Shown in pieces: positions 52,240 to 64,000 of a DNA stretch of 64,000 nucleotides; positions within the stretch are counted from its first letter, which is position 1, and each line of letters opens with the position of its first letter. The stretch is taken from the NCBI GenBank assembly GCA_047495785.1, contig JBLDXI010000032.1:3534001-3598000 (forward strand), written 5' to 3'. The translations under genes and the position numbers were made by a program. The notes beneath the pieces are model-generated. The model was not told the DNA's origin. It did not search any database and saw only the letters and a list, made by a program, of their open reading frames with translations. Source of the DNA: Lepidodermella squamata (Eukaryota > Animalia > Gastrotricha).

Positions 52240-55200
52240 ATGGTTAGTCTGGTTTTGTACTTTGTACCATAAATAGGGTGGCTTATCAAATGAAAATATG
52301 GTATTTACAAGGAGTTGTAATTTTACTTAAGGTGGACTTTTTTGTTCGATTTTTTGCGACCTTTGACTTTATTAAAATCGGATTTTAGAGTTGCTAGGCC
52401 CCCTTTTTCTTTTGATATTATGACTGGTGCGGTAATGAGGCCATACATACCCTATGCCTTCAATTGTATAGGACAGCAAATATTTGACTAATGGTACGAA
52501 TGGCAGTACGCCGAATGGCCGTGATTCACCCTCTACTCCGAACTCTGCTGCGTCAAAGAACGGCCACGCCGTCAATGGCCACAGCAATGGCAAGTATACT
52601 ACGCCGCTGAAGCCTGTTGTACAAATAGGTGGCATCGTGTCTGAGCCCGTTAATTTGAACACTACGCCAACGTCGAGCGGTAAGAACAGCGATTCACCCA
52701 AATCGAAAGGATCCGCTGAGAAAATGCCGAAAGGCGCGCCCACAGTTTACGACAAGTGGGGCTCGTACGAGGTTGAGCCGGGCATTCGATGCTCACGCAT
52801 GTGCTCGCACGCTGAGCCTCTCGTATCAACGCCGGCCAACGATCCGAACGTCAAGACGACCTGGGACGTTTTCCGTCACGGTTTGGCTATTTCGCCCCGG
52901 GGCAACTGCCTCGGCTGGCGAGAGGGTGACGCCTTTAAATGGTGGTCCTATGAAGACGTGGGTGAACAAGTGCGACAACTCTGCGGCGCTCTGAAGCTTA
53001 AAACTAAGCTGGCGCGCCAGAGTTTTGTCGGAATCTACGCCGCCTGTGTGCCGCGTTGGGTCGTTTGCTCACTTGCCATCAACGCTCGGTCGCACTGCAT
53101 CGTGCCCCTCTACGACACTCTTGGCCCTGAAAGCTGTACCTACATTATTAACCAGGTTTTTTTTAATCTCATTCCAAAATTAGGGTATAAATATGGCGTT
53201 ATTTTTTAGGTGGAGATGACCATCATGTTTGTCGACACCGCTGTTGCAGCCACTCGTGTTTTGGATTCGATTAATACGACCCCAACTCTGAAAACCATTG
53301 TTTGCTTCCAGAGTGTTCTGAGTCACGAATTGGTCGAAAAGGCCAAGGTGGCTAATGTCACCCTGATCAGCCTAACCGATTTCGTTGCCGGGGTCGACCC
53401 TGATAACAAAAATGTGTACGACGAGCCGAATGCTGAAGACATTGCCATGGTCCAGTACACATCGGGTACTACCGGGTTCCCTAAGGGTGTTGTTCAAAGT
53501 CATCGCGCTTACGTGGCGAATGTTGCCGGGGCTGACTACCCGTTCTCGAAGCAGATCGACCCGGCGTTCACGATGTCTAACCGCGACATCTGCCTTCAGT
53601 TCCTTCCTCTGGCCCACGCCTATGCTCAGATAGTTTGCACGTGGTTTTTGTTCCACGGCGCCTCTATCGGTTTCTTCGGCGGCAACGTTATGAAGTTGTT
53701 CGAAGATGCGGCGATTCTCAAGCCTACCTACATGCCAAGTAAAATTAGGAGAATTTTTTTTGGAAAATCGCTAAATTATTGAATTTTTCAGTGGTTCCTC
53801 GTATTATGAACCGTTTATACGGCAAGGTGAAAGGTGAAGTTGGAACTTCTGGCCTCAAGGCCAAAATGTTCTGGTTCTGCTACGAACGCAAACGCGATTT
53901 GGTGAACAAGGGCAAGGTTACTCGTGACTCAGTTTGGGACACCATTGCCTTCCGTCGCGTGCAGCGTCTTCTTGGCGGTAACGTTCGCATCATGACCGTC
54001 GGCTCTGCGCCCATTAGTGCCGAAGTCCTCGAGTTCTGGCGCGTCGTTTTCGGCGCCCTGGTAAGCAATAGCATAATATTTATTCATAAAATCAAATGAT
54101 TATTCAAGCATAATTAGATGGATAATATTAATAGGTCTAATAATAGTCCGTTGCTAGAATTAGGTCTGCTTAGAATCCAGCAAAATCCTCGGCGTGAATG
54201 CTAGCGGCAAAATTTCTTTCAAGGTGGCTGATTTGTAAACGCCATCCGTTGATCGTATCATATAGATTTTGATGTCCATATCGTGCGCAAATTCGGCGAT
54301 AAATTGCCTGCACCTACCGCAGGGTGATGTAAACTGACCGGGCGGGGCATCGGCTGCGACCGCTACAGCATGCAGCGTTTTCGCCCCTTCGGATATAGCT
54401 TTCGAAACAGCCGTAACTTCGGCGCAAACTCCAAGGCCGTAACAGGCGTTTTCAACATTGCAACCGAATACGATTTTTCTATGAAAGTTCAGGTAGATGA
54501 TTATTAAGGAAGATTTTTTGAAAAATTACCCTTCGTTAGTCAAAACAGCTGCGCCAACTAGAAAGTTGCTGTAAGGCGCGTAGGCTGGTTTGCGAGCTTC
54601 GAGGCTGGCTTTCATCAATGAAAGCAGTCCATCATCCTTGACACTGTCGATATTTCCGCAATTCCAAGAGTCTAATTCTTTGTCAGCCATAACTTTTTTG
54701 GCTTTGATGCGCTTTCTATAGCTTGTACGCAGCACTAAAATTGATAAAAATAAGCAAATGGAGTGAGATGACTTGTAGGCGAACAAAATGAGCAGATGAA
54801 AAGCTTACTTCCTTATATTTGCTCGCGCGTTAGCCAATCCTCCATGCAGCTTCCCGGTTAGATGCAATTATGCGGTAATATCGCTGTGAGCGTATTACGA
54901 GTCTATCGAATAATAGTTTTTATGCATGTCTGCCGTTTTTTTCCCCAGATCTTCGAGGGTTACGGGCAAACGGAGTGCACGGCTGTGGCAACTATTGCCG
55001 TCGGGCCTAGCGGCGGTGAGTTATTAATGGCGTGTTCATCTCTCATTTATTGCGGTATTTTTTTTGGTTTAATTAGGCAACGTCGGCCACCCATTGGCAT
55101 GTAATCTTGTTAAGCTGGCTGATGCGCCAGAATGTGGCTATTTCGTAAAAGATGGCCGCGGTGAGGTCTGCATCAAGGGCCCGAACGTCATGACCGGTTA

Positions 55201-55858
55201 CTACAAGCAGCCGGACAAGACGGCGGAGGCGATTGACGCCGACGGCTGGCTGCACACCGGTGATATTGGCGAGTTCTTGCCCGACGGCGCGCTGCGCATT
55301 TTCGACCGCAAAAAGCACATTTTCAAGCTGGCCCAGGGTGAATACATCGCCCCTGAAAAGATCGAAAACGTCTATGCTATGTGCTCTCTCGTCGCGCAAG
55401 TTTTCGTCGACGGCAGCAGCTTGGAGGTACACATTGAAAAATCTTGAACATATTTTAAGGAGGATTAGCGTTGTGAGCGGAATATTGAATTTTTGCGCTA
55501 TTTTTTCCAGTCATTCACCATTGCTGTGGTTGTACCGGATATGGCTGCTGCAAAGAATTGGGCCAAGGCGCATGGAATCGACGCGGAGACTGTCACGAAT
55601 AACCGTGAATTTTTGAAGTATATGTTGAGTGAAATGCACGCTGTTGGCAAGGCGAACAAGCTCAACTCGCTGGAGCAGGTTAAGAACATTTACTGCACGG
55701 CGGATGCTTTCTCGCCAGCGAACGGCCTTCTGACGCCGTCGTTGAAGAACAAGCGCCCGGAGCTGCGTCGTTATTTCGACGACCAAATCACGGCTATGTA
55801 CAAGGCTGGTCCCTTGGTCGAAGAAGCGAACGGCGGCAAGTCGCCGAACAAGAAATAA
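52240..55858 (+). CDS. ACSL: Long-chain acyl-CoA synthetase paralog b (F-gate); first coding exon ends ATG|gttag (alternative in-frame start at 52204)
   Basis: Same ACSL motifs; gate DICLQFLPLAH. An 888-nt intron at 54061-54948 hosts a nested gene. Confidence 0.93.
54160..54690 (-). CDS. CDA: Cytidine deaminase, nested antisense in an ACSL-b intron; intron 54479-54529
   Basis: AYAPYSNFLVGAAVLT..G|KIVFGCNVENACYGLGVCAE...SPCGRCRQFIAEF...LKEILPLAF (zinc motifs CAE and PCxxC). Exon 2 is absent from the ORF track. Confidence 0.92.
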
Positions 55859-56899
55859 AAGACTGCATATTTTGACCCGGAATAGCGTCGATGTAGATGT
55901 GAGTGCTGGTATAATTTGTTTTTCTTTTGTAAAAAATTCAAACTAGTGTCACATGTATTTGTTTTGCCTTTTCTCTTTCATGCCTCGCCCTTTAAAACAT
56001 GATGATATTATTCTCCAATTCTCAAGCTCATTTTGAGTCTAAAAGCACCGCTCCTGAATATTTTGCCCTCAGATCATTGAAATCTCTTTTGAGGCTTTAT
56101 CTAAAGTATTAACTAGTTTTCTGGCCTCATTACAATTTTTCATGGAAATCATCGATTTGTTTTTTTCATGCTGATCACCGGGACAGATTTACGCACGACA
56201 TTGACGTTCACTACCTCCAATTGAATCACTATAGCTAACTGCTGAATACTTCGTCTTCTATCACGCATTTGATCCTAATAATTTGGAATTAGTCAGTTGC
56301 TCTGAACCCTGTTGATGAATGTAAAGTTACGATATTATTTGGAGACATATTATTTGTCATTATTCACGTGAAACCTGTCGTGTTTGAGTGTGCAATGCTT
56401 CGTCAAACTTCCCGTGTAAATTTTAATCCGAAAATGATTATTTTGAGACGTGATACTGAGACTTTTTCTGCTGTCATCTTATCGTCTAGATAAAAATGTA
56501 TCTATTTATGGCTGAAAAATCAGGGGAAAAAATGTATCTATATTTACGTGAAATCAAAATTAAAGATGTTATAATTTTTTGCTGCTGACATTTCGAAGTA
56601 AAAAATAATCAGGGATCGATTTTTATCTTTTTTTTTTAGATTTTTTCTCAATTTTTTGCCTGTGATGGTTCGATCACGAGTTCCTTTGTTGTTCCAAGTC
56701 CGATTGTGGCGCGTCATGCGTCATGGAAGGCAATACAATGGAGCGCGTGCGCACTGAGACCACGTGCCGCCTTAATATTTTGCAAATCATCAGATGCGCT
56801 TTTGTTTTATATACGATCGATTTGATGTGATTTATAGGTCCGCAGATTTTTCATCACCTGGTTGTTTACATATTTATTATCGCTTGTAGCTGAGATTAC

Positions 56900-59190
56900 A
56901 TGGTTAGCCAGCGATTTTAAATTTTTTCAAATTTTTTCGAATTATTAATATGTTTATTACAGGCAACAACTCCAGTGAGAAACGGCTCGCCTGGGGGTGC
57001 GACTGCCGATGCTTATAGCCCGTCGAAATCGCCAAGCCCGAAAAAGGCTGCCCAGTCGACTATTTACGACATGTGGTCGTCGTACGAGGTGCAGCCGGGT
57101 GTTCGCGCGAGCGTGCTATGCAAACGCACAGACGGCGAGCTGATCGGCAAACCGGACGACCCCGCCGGCATCGACACCACTTGGCACTCTTTTCGCCACG
57201 GCCATCAGCTGAACCGCTACGGCAACTGCCTGGGCTGGCGCGAGGGTGACACGTTCCAGTGGCTGACCTATGAAGACGTGTATCGGCAGGTTCGTGGCCT
57301 GGCGGGAGCGCTGGCTTCGAAGACGCAGTTGAAGCGCCAAGATTGCGTTGGCATCTACTCGAGTTCCAAGCCGAACTGGATTATCGTGTCTCTCGCGCTT
57401 AATTCCCGGTCGCTCGTTATGGTCCCACTTTACGACACCCTAGGCGCTGAGTCGTGCAATTACATCATCAACCAGGTAAAAAATCTGCCTTAAAATTGCG
57501 ATTTACGGGTTTAATTTTTCATTTTTAAGGTTGAAATGCCGATTTTGTTCATCGATACACTGGTTGCTGCCAAGAAAATCATGGCTAATGCTGCTAAAAC
57601 GCCGTCGCTTCACTCGTTGGTACTTTTTGTTAAGCCGGACGCTGAGTTGGAACGGCAGGCGGCTGAGAGAAATATTACGTTGTACACGCTCGATGATTTT
57701 ATTGGCAAATATTACGACACCCCCGATGAGGTTGCTTTCGATTTGCCGACCGGTGATGACACGTGCGTTATCATGTACACATCGGGCACGACCGGCGAGC
57801 CGAAGGGTGTCATTCACACGCACAGCGCCCTTGTCGCCGATTTCATGGGCATCGATCACTTTTTCCTGAACGACTACGGACCAGGGTTGAATTTCTCGCA
57901 AAACGACGTTGGCCTGCACTATTTGCCACTCGCCCATTCCTACGGCCTGCTCGTCGCTAACTGGTTCATGTACCGCGGTGCTTCCCTCGGCTTTTTCAGC
58001 GGAAATATCCTGAAATTGACCGAAGATGCGGCCATTTTGAAGCCTACTTTCTTCCCGCTGTAAGTAGCGTATTTTTAAGCCGCCTTAAAATTTAGTTAAT
58101 TTTTTTATTTTTCCCAGTATTCCTCGTTTGATGAATCGCATCTATGGCAAAATTGTTGGAGAGCTGCAAAAGGGAGGTATCAAGTCGAGCTTGTTTTGGT
58201 TCGCCTACCGCCGTAAGCGTGACGCGATGATGCGAGGCGTAATTACCCGTGATTCGATTTGGGACAAACTGGTCTTCCGCAAAGTTCAGGCCATTCTCGG
58301 CGGTCGAGTTTGGTTCATGTCGGTCGGCTCTGCGCCGGTTTCTAGCGAGGTGCTTGAATTTTGGCGGGTCGTTTTCGGCTCGTTGATTCTCGAAGGTTAC
58401 GGCCAAACCGAATCGGCTGCCTGCGCCACCCTGGCTATGGGCCCGGTTGGCGGTAATGTGGGCCACCCTATTCAATGCAACTACGTTAAGCTGGAGGACG
58501 TGCCCGAATGCGGCTATTTCGTCAACGAGTCCGGCAAAGGCGAGATTTGCATTAAAGGCCTCAACGTGATGCGCGGCTATTACAAGCAGCCGGAGAAGAC
58601 CGCCGAGGCGCTGGATGCTGACGGTTGGCTGCACACGGGTGATATCGGCGAGTTTTTGCCCGACGGCTCGCTTCGCATTGTCGATCGTAAGAAGAATATC
58701 TTCAAGCTGGCCCAGGGCGAATATATCGCCCCTGAAAAGATCGAAAATGTCTACCTGTTGTGCCCTCAGGTACTTCAAGTTTTCGTCGATGGTAGCACGC
58801 TCGAGGTAAGATTAACCCACCTTAATTTAGCCATGATTTTCTAGATAATTTGATTTCCAGTCTTACACCGTTGCTGTTGTGGTGCCTGAGCCTTCATTGG
58901 CGGCTAATTACGCGACTGAGCATGGCTTGGATCCGAAAACGCTCCACCTTAACGTTGAATTCCGCGATCACATGCTCAAATTGCTGACGACAGTTGGCAA
59001 GGATAACAAGTTGAACGGCCTCGAGCAGGTCAAGGCTATTCATTTGGTTAGCGATGCGTTCTCCATCGAAAACGGCCTGTTGACGCCGACGATGAAAAAC
59101 AAACGTCCTGAACTTCGCAAGTATTTCAAGGAGCAAATTGAGGCTTTGTATAAAGCGGGCCCTCAGATTGGTGCCGAAAAGAAGGAATAA
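56900..59190 (+). CDS. ACSL: Long-chain acyl-CoA synthetase paralog c (Y-gate); first coding exon is ATG only (56900-56902)
   Basis: Same ACSL motifs; gate [14 protein letters not shown]|gttagc...tacag|GCAACA joins in frame with ORF 56975. Confidence 0.93.
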
Positions 59191-59546
59191 TGGCTGTGGC
59201 TGCAACATTTTTTGTGAAAGACTTTCAATCATTCAGTTTTCTCGGCAACCTTGTGCAACCTTGCTGAGATATTAATTAGTCTTCCCTGCACCTCTTTTTC
59301 TGCCCTAGTCTCATCAAGTCATTTGTGCTATATTTGTTTTGAACGATGGAAACCTCGAATATAACCGGTTGAACGAAACTGCTGATAAACAATGAAATCG
59401 ATCTGTTTAACCGAGAGTTTATTTTTGTTTGTTTTGGCTGAAGCATGCTCAGTTTTTGACGAAGCAGTCGACTTCAAAATTAAAATAAAATTTATTCAAT
59501 GCACCTCACTGTTCACCAAGGTTTATTGTATTATTTTACTTGTAAA

Positions 59547-60069
59547 ATGAACGGAAACTACGACGATAAGATCACGCAGCTGCGGAAAAAGTGCCACGAA
59601 GCCAAGGAGAACTCCTATTGCCCTTATTCAAAGTTTCGCGTTGGGTGCTCTGTCTTGACTGAGAAAGGGTATGTGCGCACTAGTGCTTAATTTTACTTCA
59701 TCCACCTTAAAAAAATATATTTTCAGAAATATTTACACTGGATGTAACGTGGAGAACTGTTCTTATGGACTGACGCTTTGCGCCGAAACTGTGGCAATTG
59801 GGAACGCGGTGGCCGCCGGCGACCGCAATATTGTTGCCTTGGCGGTGTCGACGGATCTGCCTCCGAGTGCGCCGAAGTCGATGTGCGGCAGGTGTCGTCA
59901 GTTCACTGCTGAATTCGGGCAGCCTGATATGGAAATTTTCTATGAGCATGGCGATGGGAATTACACCAAAGTTACGCTGGAGGAGATTCTGCCGAACGCA
60001 TTCACGCCTAAGTCGCTGCAAATCTGTGCATCTAGCAAGCCAGTAGCCAACGGCATTAACAGTGCCTGA
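59547..60069 (+). CDS. CDA: Cytidine deaminase, second copy; intron 59669-59726
   Basis: SYCPYSKFRVGCSVLT..G|NIYTGCNVENCSYGLTLCAE...MCGRCRQFTAEFG...LEEILPNAF. Confidence 0.92.
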
Positions 60070-61211
60070 AACTTGGTCGTTCTTGAACGCGTTGCGAAGC
60101 GGATCCCCGATGGCATAAGTCAATGCAGAATAGTCAAGCTCAAGATCTTTCCGTTTAGATAACAAATATTCAGTGGAAAATGGAAAACTTGCCTCATTTA
60201 ATGTTGATGTTCTTTGAAGATGATTTAATATGGTAGAAAAATGTTTAATATTGCTCAACATAATAAATTTGAGAATTCGCATATACACGGCCTTCATCAA
60301 ATTTCTTAGCTTGGAATTTTTTGGCTGTAGCAGGGTAATCGGCTGATTGTTGATTGGAGTAGCATCCGCGGCTCGCAGCCACTGACGCATGTGATAGGAT
60401 AGTCGAGAGATTGAACGTCCTGACTAAAGACTGTTGACCCTACTGTTGTCACTAAATATTGGTGAATGAACTAGGCTACGTCTTTTACCAACAGTGACAG
60501 CCGAAATTTCTTCGTAAATAGGCAAAAAATGTGATAATTGGGTGCTGCCGTTAAACTCTTGGTTTAGATTGGCAGGCTACTTGACGCTTAGATACCTTCA
60601 ATAGGCCATTTTTGTGAAAGTTCATCCCTCAGCTACATCAATCCTGATCTGAATATTACTGGAACGCGACTCGGGTTTGTGTTTCGTTCACAGCAGCAGG
60701 CCCGGATCTAAAAACGTGCGCTTTTCAATTTCAGCAGAAGCTTAAATTATCCCTCATTGATGAGAGTTGCCAGTCCGCACTACGAGGTTATATTTGGAAT
60801 AAAAAACAAAATCACGCCAGCATTAATTATAAATTCCGATTTTATTAGCAGCGTAAGTGGGCTGATTTCATCAGCTGGAATTCACAATTGTTGATTCGTT
60901 GCATTTTTAAATAAATATCGCAGCTGCTCAAGTACAACAGCCCCGCAAAACACGTTACAGGTTTTCATCAAGTAAAACACATGAGAAGCATGAAGCACTC
61001 GAGCGAATGAGCAAATACATTATAATCGTAATAAATAAAGAATTTGTTTAATTATATGCGAGAATATCATTTATAATGATGAGATTGCGTCTTTTCCCAG
61101 ATCACCAGTAAAAGGTAGGAATATGTTTATCACCGTAACCTGAATAAAGATAAATTTTGAATAGAAAAATTTGATATTGTTTTCGATTCACAGTTGAGAA
61201 AAGACTAGAAT

Positions 61212-64000
61212 TCAGGATGACTCTTTCGTTCCGTTGATCGCAGCGTACAAATCAATGTGATGCTGCAACACTTGAATTAAGCAGTCGCTGGGAAGCGAGA
61301 TCAGCCGTACGACGACGGGGCTCTGGGGCGGGAGACCCGGGTCAGCAGCAGCAGCCCGGCTTTCGGGCGGCATCAGCACAGCCGGGGACATTCGCATAAC
61401 GACTTGCACGGCACCAGGCGGCGCTTGTCGCTGCGGGTTATTTGCGTTGGAAGTCGTGTTATTCTCAACAGCAAGAGACAAAATCTGCGTGTAAGCGGCG
61501 AAAAACAGTGGGACACGAGTTTCAGGGTGCAAAATCACGACGCCCTTAGCATTCAAGCCGAGAAAAGCAGCACCTTTCAGAGAAGACGTGGGTAGGTACG
61601 CACCTTGAAGGACAAAAAACGAAGCAGCACCCAAGGGACACTCTTTCATAAGTAATGCCGTCAGTTGACGTCGGGCAGATAGCGGCGATAACTTGGCAGC
61701 CACCTCAAAGTAAGTCTGTTGCACCGAGCGTAACCAGTCGGGCCGGGTCAGATAAACCCATCTCGGCATTAAGGAGGACAGCTCGACAGCACTCGGCGGC
61801 CGTTCCTCCGCAGCAGCGATAGAAGCGCGGTGGTGAAGAGCGGCCGTGGTCGCTACGAATTTGGCTAGTTCTTCCGGAGAATCGGCATGCAGAGGAGACC
61901 AGTTCGATTCCAGCCACGACCTCATCATTTGAAACGATATCATGTCGATCATGAAAGGATGAGTTTGAGTTTTCCCGGTTGGGTTCAGCAGATTTCGAGC
62001 CGGGAATAGCCATGACAGCCGGCGAATGACCAGGTCCAGGTGCTGCGGGGCACCATCGCCACCAGTCTGGCCTTTGAATAGATCCAAAACGAAAGAAGCC
62101 CCAGATACCAAAATGAACTGGTCTTTCGGCGACTTGCGGTAATACAGCCGGTATTCGTAACTTTCTGTCAGCGAAAGCCTCATGGCCGAAGAACCGACCC
62201 CAACTCGACCGGTCGGTGTCTCGATGCCTAGAGCCGACATGACCGCATCGACGACTTCCCTCACTAGAGAACAGCTGTCGACGTAAGAAGCGACCCTTCG
62301 TTGCCCGGGTAAGAAAATTCGGATAAAGACTGACGAACTCGGGGTTCGGCGACCTTCGATCAAAGACCCGCAGTAGTTGATTTCGTCCTGGGACGGCAGA
62401 GACCGGCGACTGCCCATCAGCGCGACTTTGGTCATAGCAGCCGCACATTCGAGGATCAGCTCCCGGTTCTTCCCGGTCGACAGCTGCTCGGCTAGGAATA
62501 GGTACATGTACGGCCGCAGTGTGTCGGATAGCCGGAAGAACTTTGCGAGGATTGATAGTAAATTCAAAACTCGCTGCGTCAGTTTCGGGGTGGGCGGGTC
62601 GGCATCCGGGGCGGCCAGTGGCTTCACGGTCTGCAGGAAAATTTCGTCGGTAATGCTCGGATATTGAAGCCCGGTGGACAATATGCCGGATATGAATTCG
62701 CGTTGAGCTGCGATGTCATTGGCATTTTCATCCGAAAACAAAAATCGGACAATTACTGAAAATTAAAATATTAGGAATGAAATTTAAAGTAACCAAGTTA
62801 CTTACGCGAAGAGCACTGAGAGCACAATGGGCGCATATCGTCGTTGACATTAAGGAAAATCATTTCATTGAAGTTCTCGACGGCATTTCCACCTGAAAAT
62901 GACATAGTGAAAAACCAGTTATTTCAGGGAAAAAACAGTTATAAAAGGGCCGTAGCCTTTGACCCGGAAATGACCGTCTTTGTTATAAGGGTGAGATTAT
63001 TATTTATATTATGTTATAATTAACTCTAAAACTCTACCTAAAGCAAGTTGGTCGATGTTTTCCCTGTTTCATTTGATGAAATCAATCGCCAATAAAAAAG
63101 GAATTTCTCTCAAAAAATTGACTCACCGTTGCCGCCTTAAAGCCAGTCGAGCGATTAAGCTGGTCAAGTTGTCGCCTTTATCTGACGGCCGGTCGCCCGG
63201 GTCTCCGCGGAGAAGCCAATTTTCGACAGATGAATAGTGCTCGCTAGTAAGGGCCCCAGCATCCTTCAAAAAAATGACGGCAAATGCTACGATTAAAATG
63301 GTAAAAAGAGCCACGTTATCATGCAATATTTAATCAAATTTCTAATTTATTTGAATAATTTAGAAATTCAATTGAAAATATTGAGGGAGTTGAATAAAAA
63401 TACTCACCACAATGAGATCACAATCTTGGATCCTTTTATCGGCAAAATGGCGGCGAAGTTCAAGAGGGACAAGTGACAGATCCATCGGAACAACGGCCGC
63501 GATCGGGAAAAATCCGCAACGACCGCGACATGTGCCATACAGAAGACCATCCTGCGGCTGAGCATCCAGCACGTAGACAATGTCATTTTTCCGCAAAACC
63601 AGCTGTCGCTCGGACGGTTCAGAAGGCACTGAATCGCGAGTGGCCGAGAATTTAACGCTGGACTGAGCTTCGATGGTGAAAGCACTCAATCGATCAGCGA
63701 GCAAGTCGACATTGTCCGACGTGAAGGTGTAGTCACCCATATGAGCTACCGCGATTTTAACCGAAGACTCGCCGGCAATCACCACATCCTCAACATCAGT
63801 CCATTGGAATGATTTAACGACATCAAGGATTCGGCTCGATGTAGTCGGGTCGATTCGGCGAGAAACCATCGACAGATACTTCGGAGATAAGGCGATGTCG
63901 GTGACAATAGTCGAAGTACCCGACTCGTCGAGAACACCCGAAACCGGGTAGATAGCCGCGAAGTACAGCTTCATGTCAACCGCCATTTTGACGACCAGTT
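61212..64000 (-). CDS. 3' part of a MyTH4-FERM myosin tail (myosin XV-like): FERM end, SH3, MyTH4, FERM; continues beyond the window
   Basis: YFAAIYPVSG, SH3 LVLRKNDIVYV..GLLYGTCRGRCGFFP, MyTH4 DEIFLQTVK...RRSLPSQDE, then a FERM-like region. Divergent, so myosin XV versus VII is not certain. Confidence 0.7.

Noticed and set aside
59707-60390. 227-aa minus-strand ORF overlapping the second CDA
   Set aside because: Half is antisense shadow of CDA; no recognisable motif or convincing exon structure.
58092-62448. Long antisense or alternate-frame ORFs over ACSL-c and the myosin tail (58092-58778, 61705-62448)
   Set aside because: Shadows of GC-rich codon usage in the real genes.

Overview
Eukaryotic (animal, most likely invertebrate) DNA from a very compact genome: GT-AG introns are mostly 48-65 nt, and there are no prokaryotic, rRNA, tRNA or CRISPR features. 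In order: a short TCF20/RAI1-like ePHD gene; a RASD/Di-Ras-like GTPase lacking CAAX; a cluster of seven small secreted proteins of a family I do not recognise (gap-free C-x2-W-x29-EF-x3-C core, shared phase-1 intron) surrounding a secreted serine-protease-homolog/2xSushi/ankyrin fusion gene; a degenerate carbonyl reductase; a RINGv E3 ligase; a foldback MITE with a 9-bp TSD; an elbow/noc (NET) zinc-finger gene with long non-coding flanks; an unknown coiled-coil protein; a minimal ZUP1; decayed pogo and mariner-like transposases; EFTUD2; two divergent, extremely tightly packed gene runs (THOC6-HIKESHI-TASP1 and MRPL28-NPLOC4-ACSL) that look like trans-spliced operons; three tandem long-chain acyl-CoA synthetases (the first with mutually exclusive Y-gate/F-gate exons, the second hosting a nested antisense cytidine deaminase); a second cytidine deaminase; and the 3' part of a myosin XV-like gene. 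Gene models were spliced by hand from the sequence; no database search was run.
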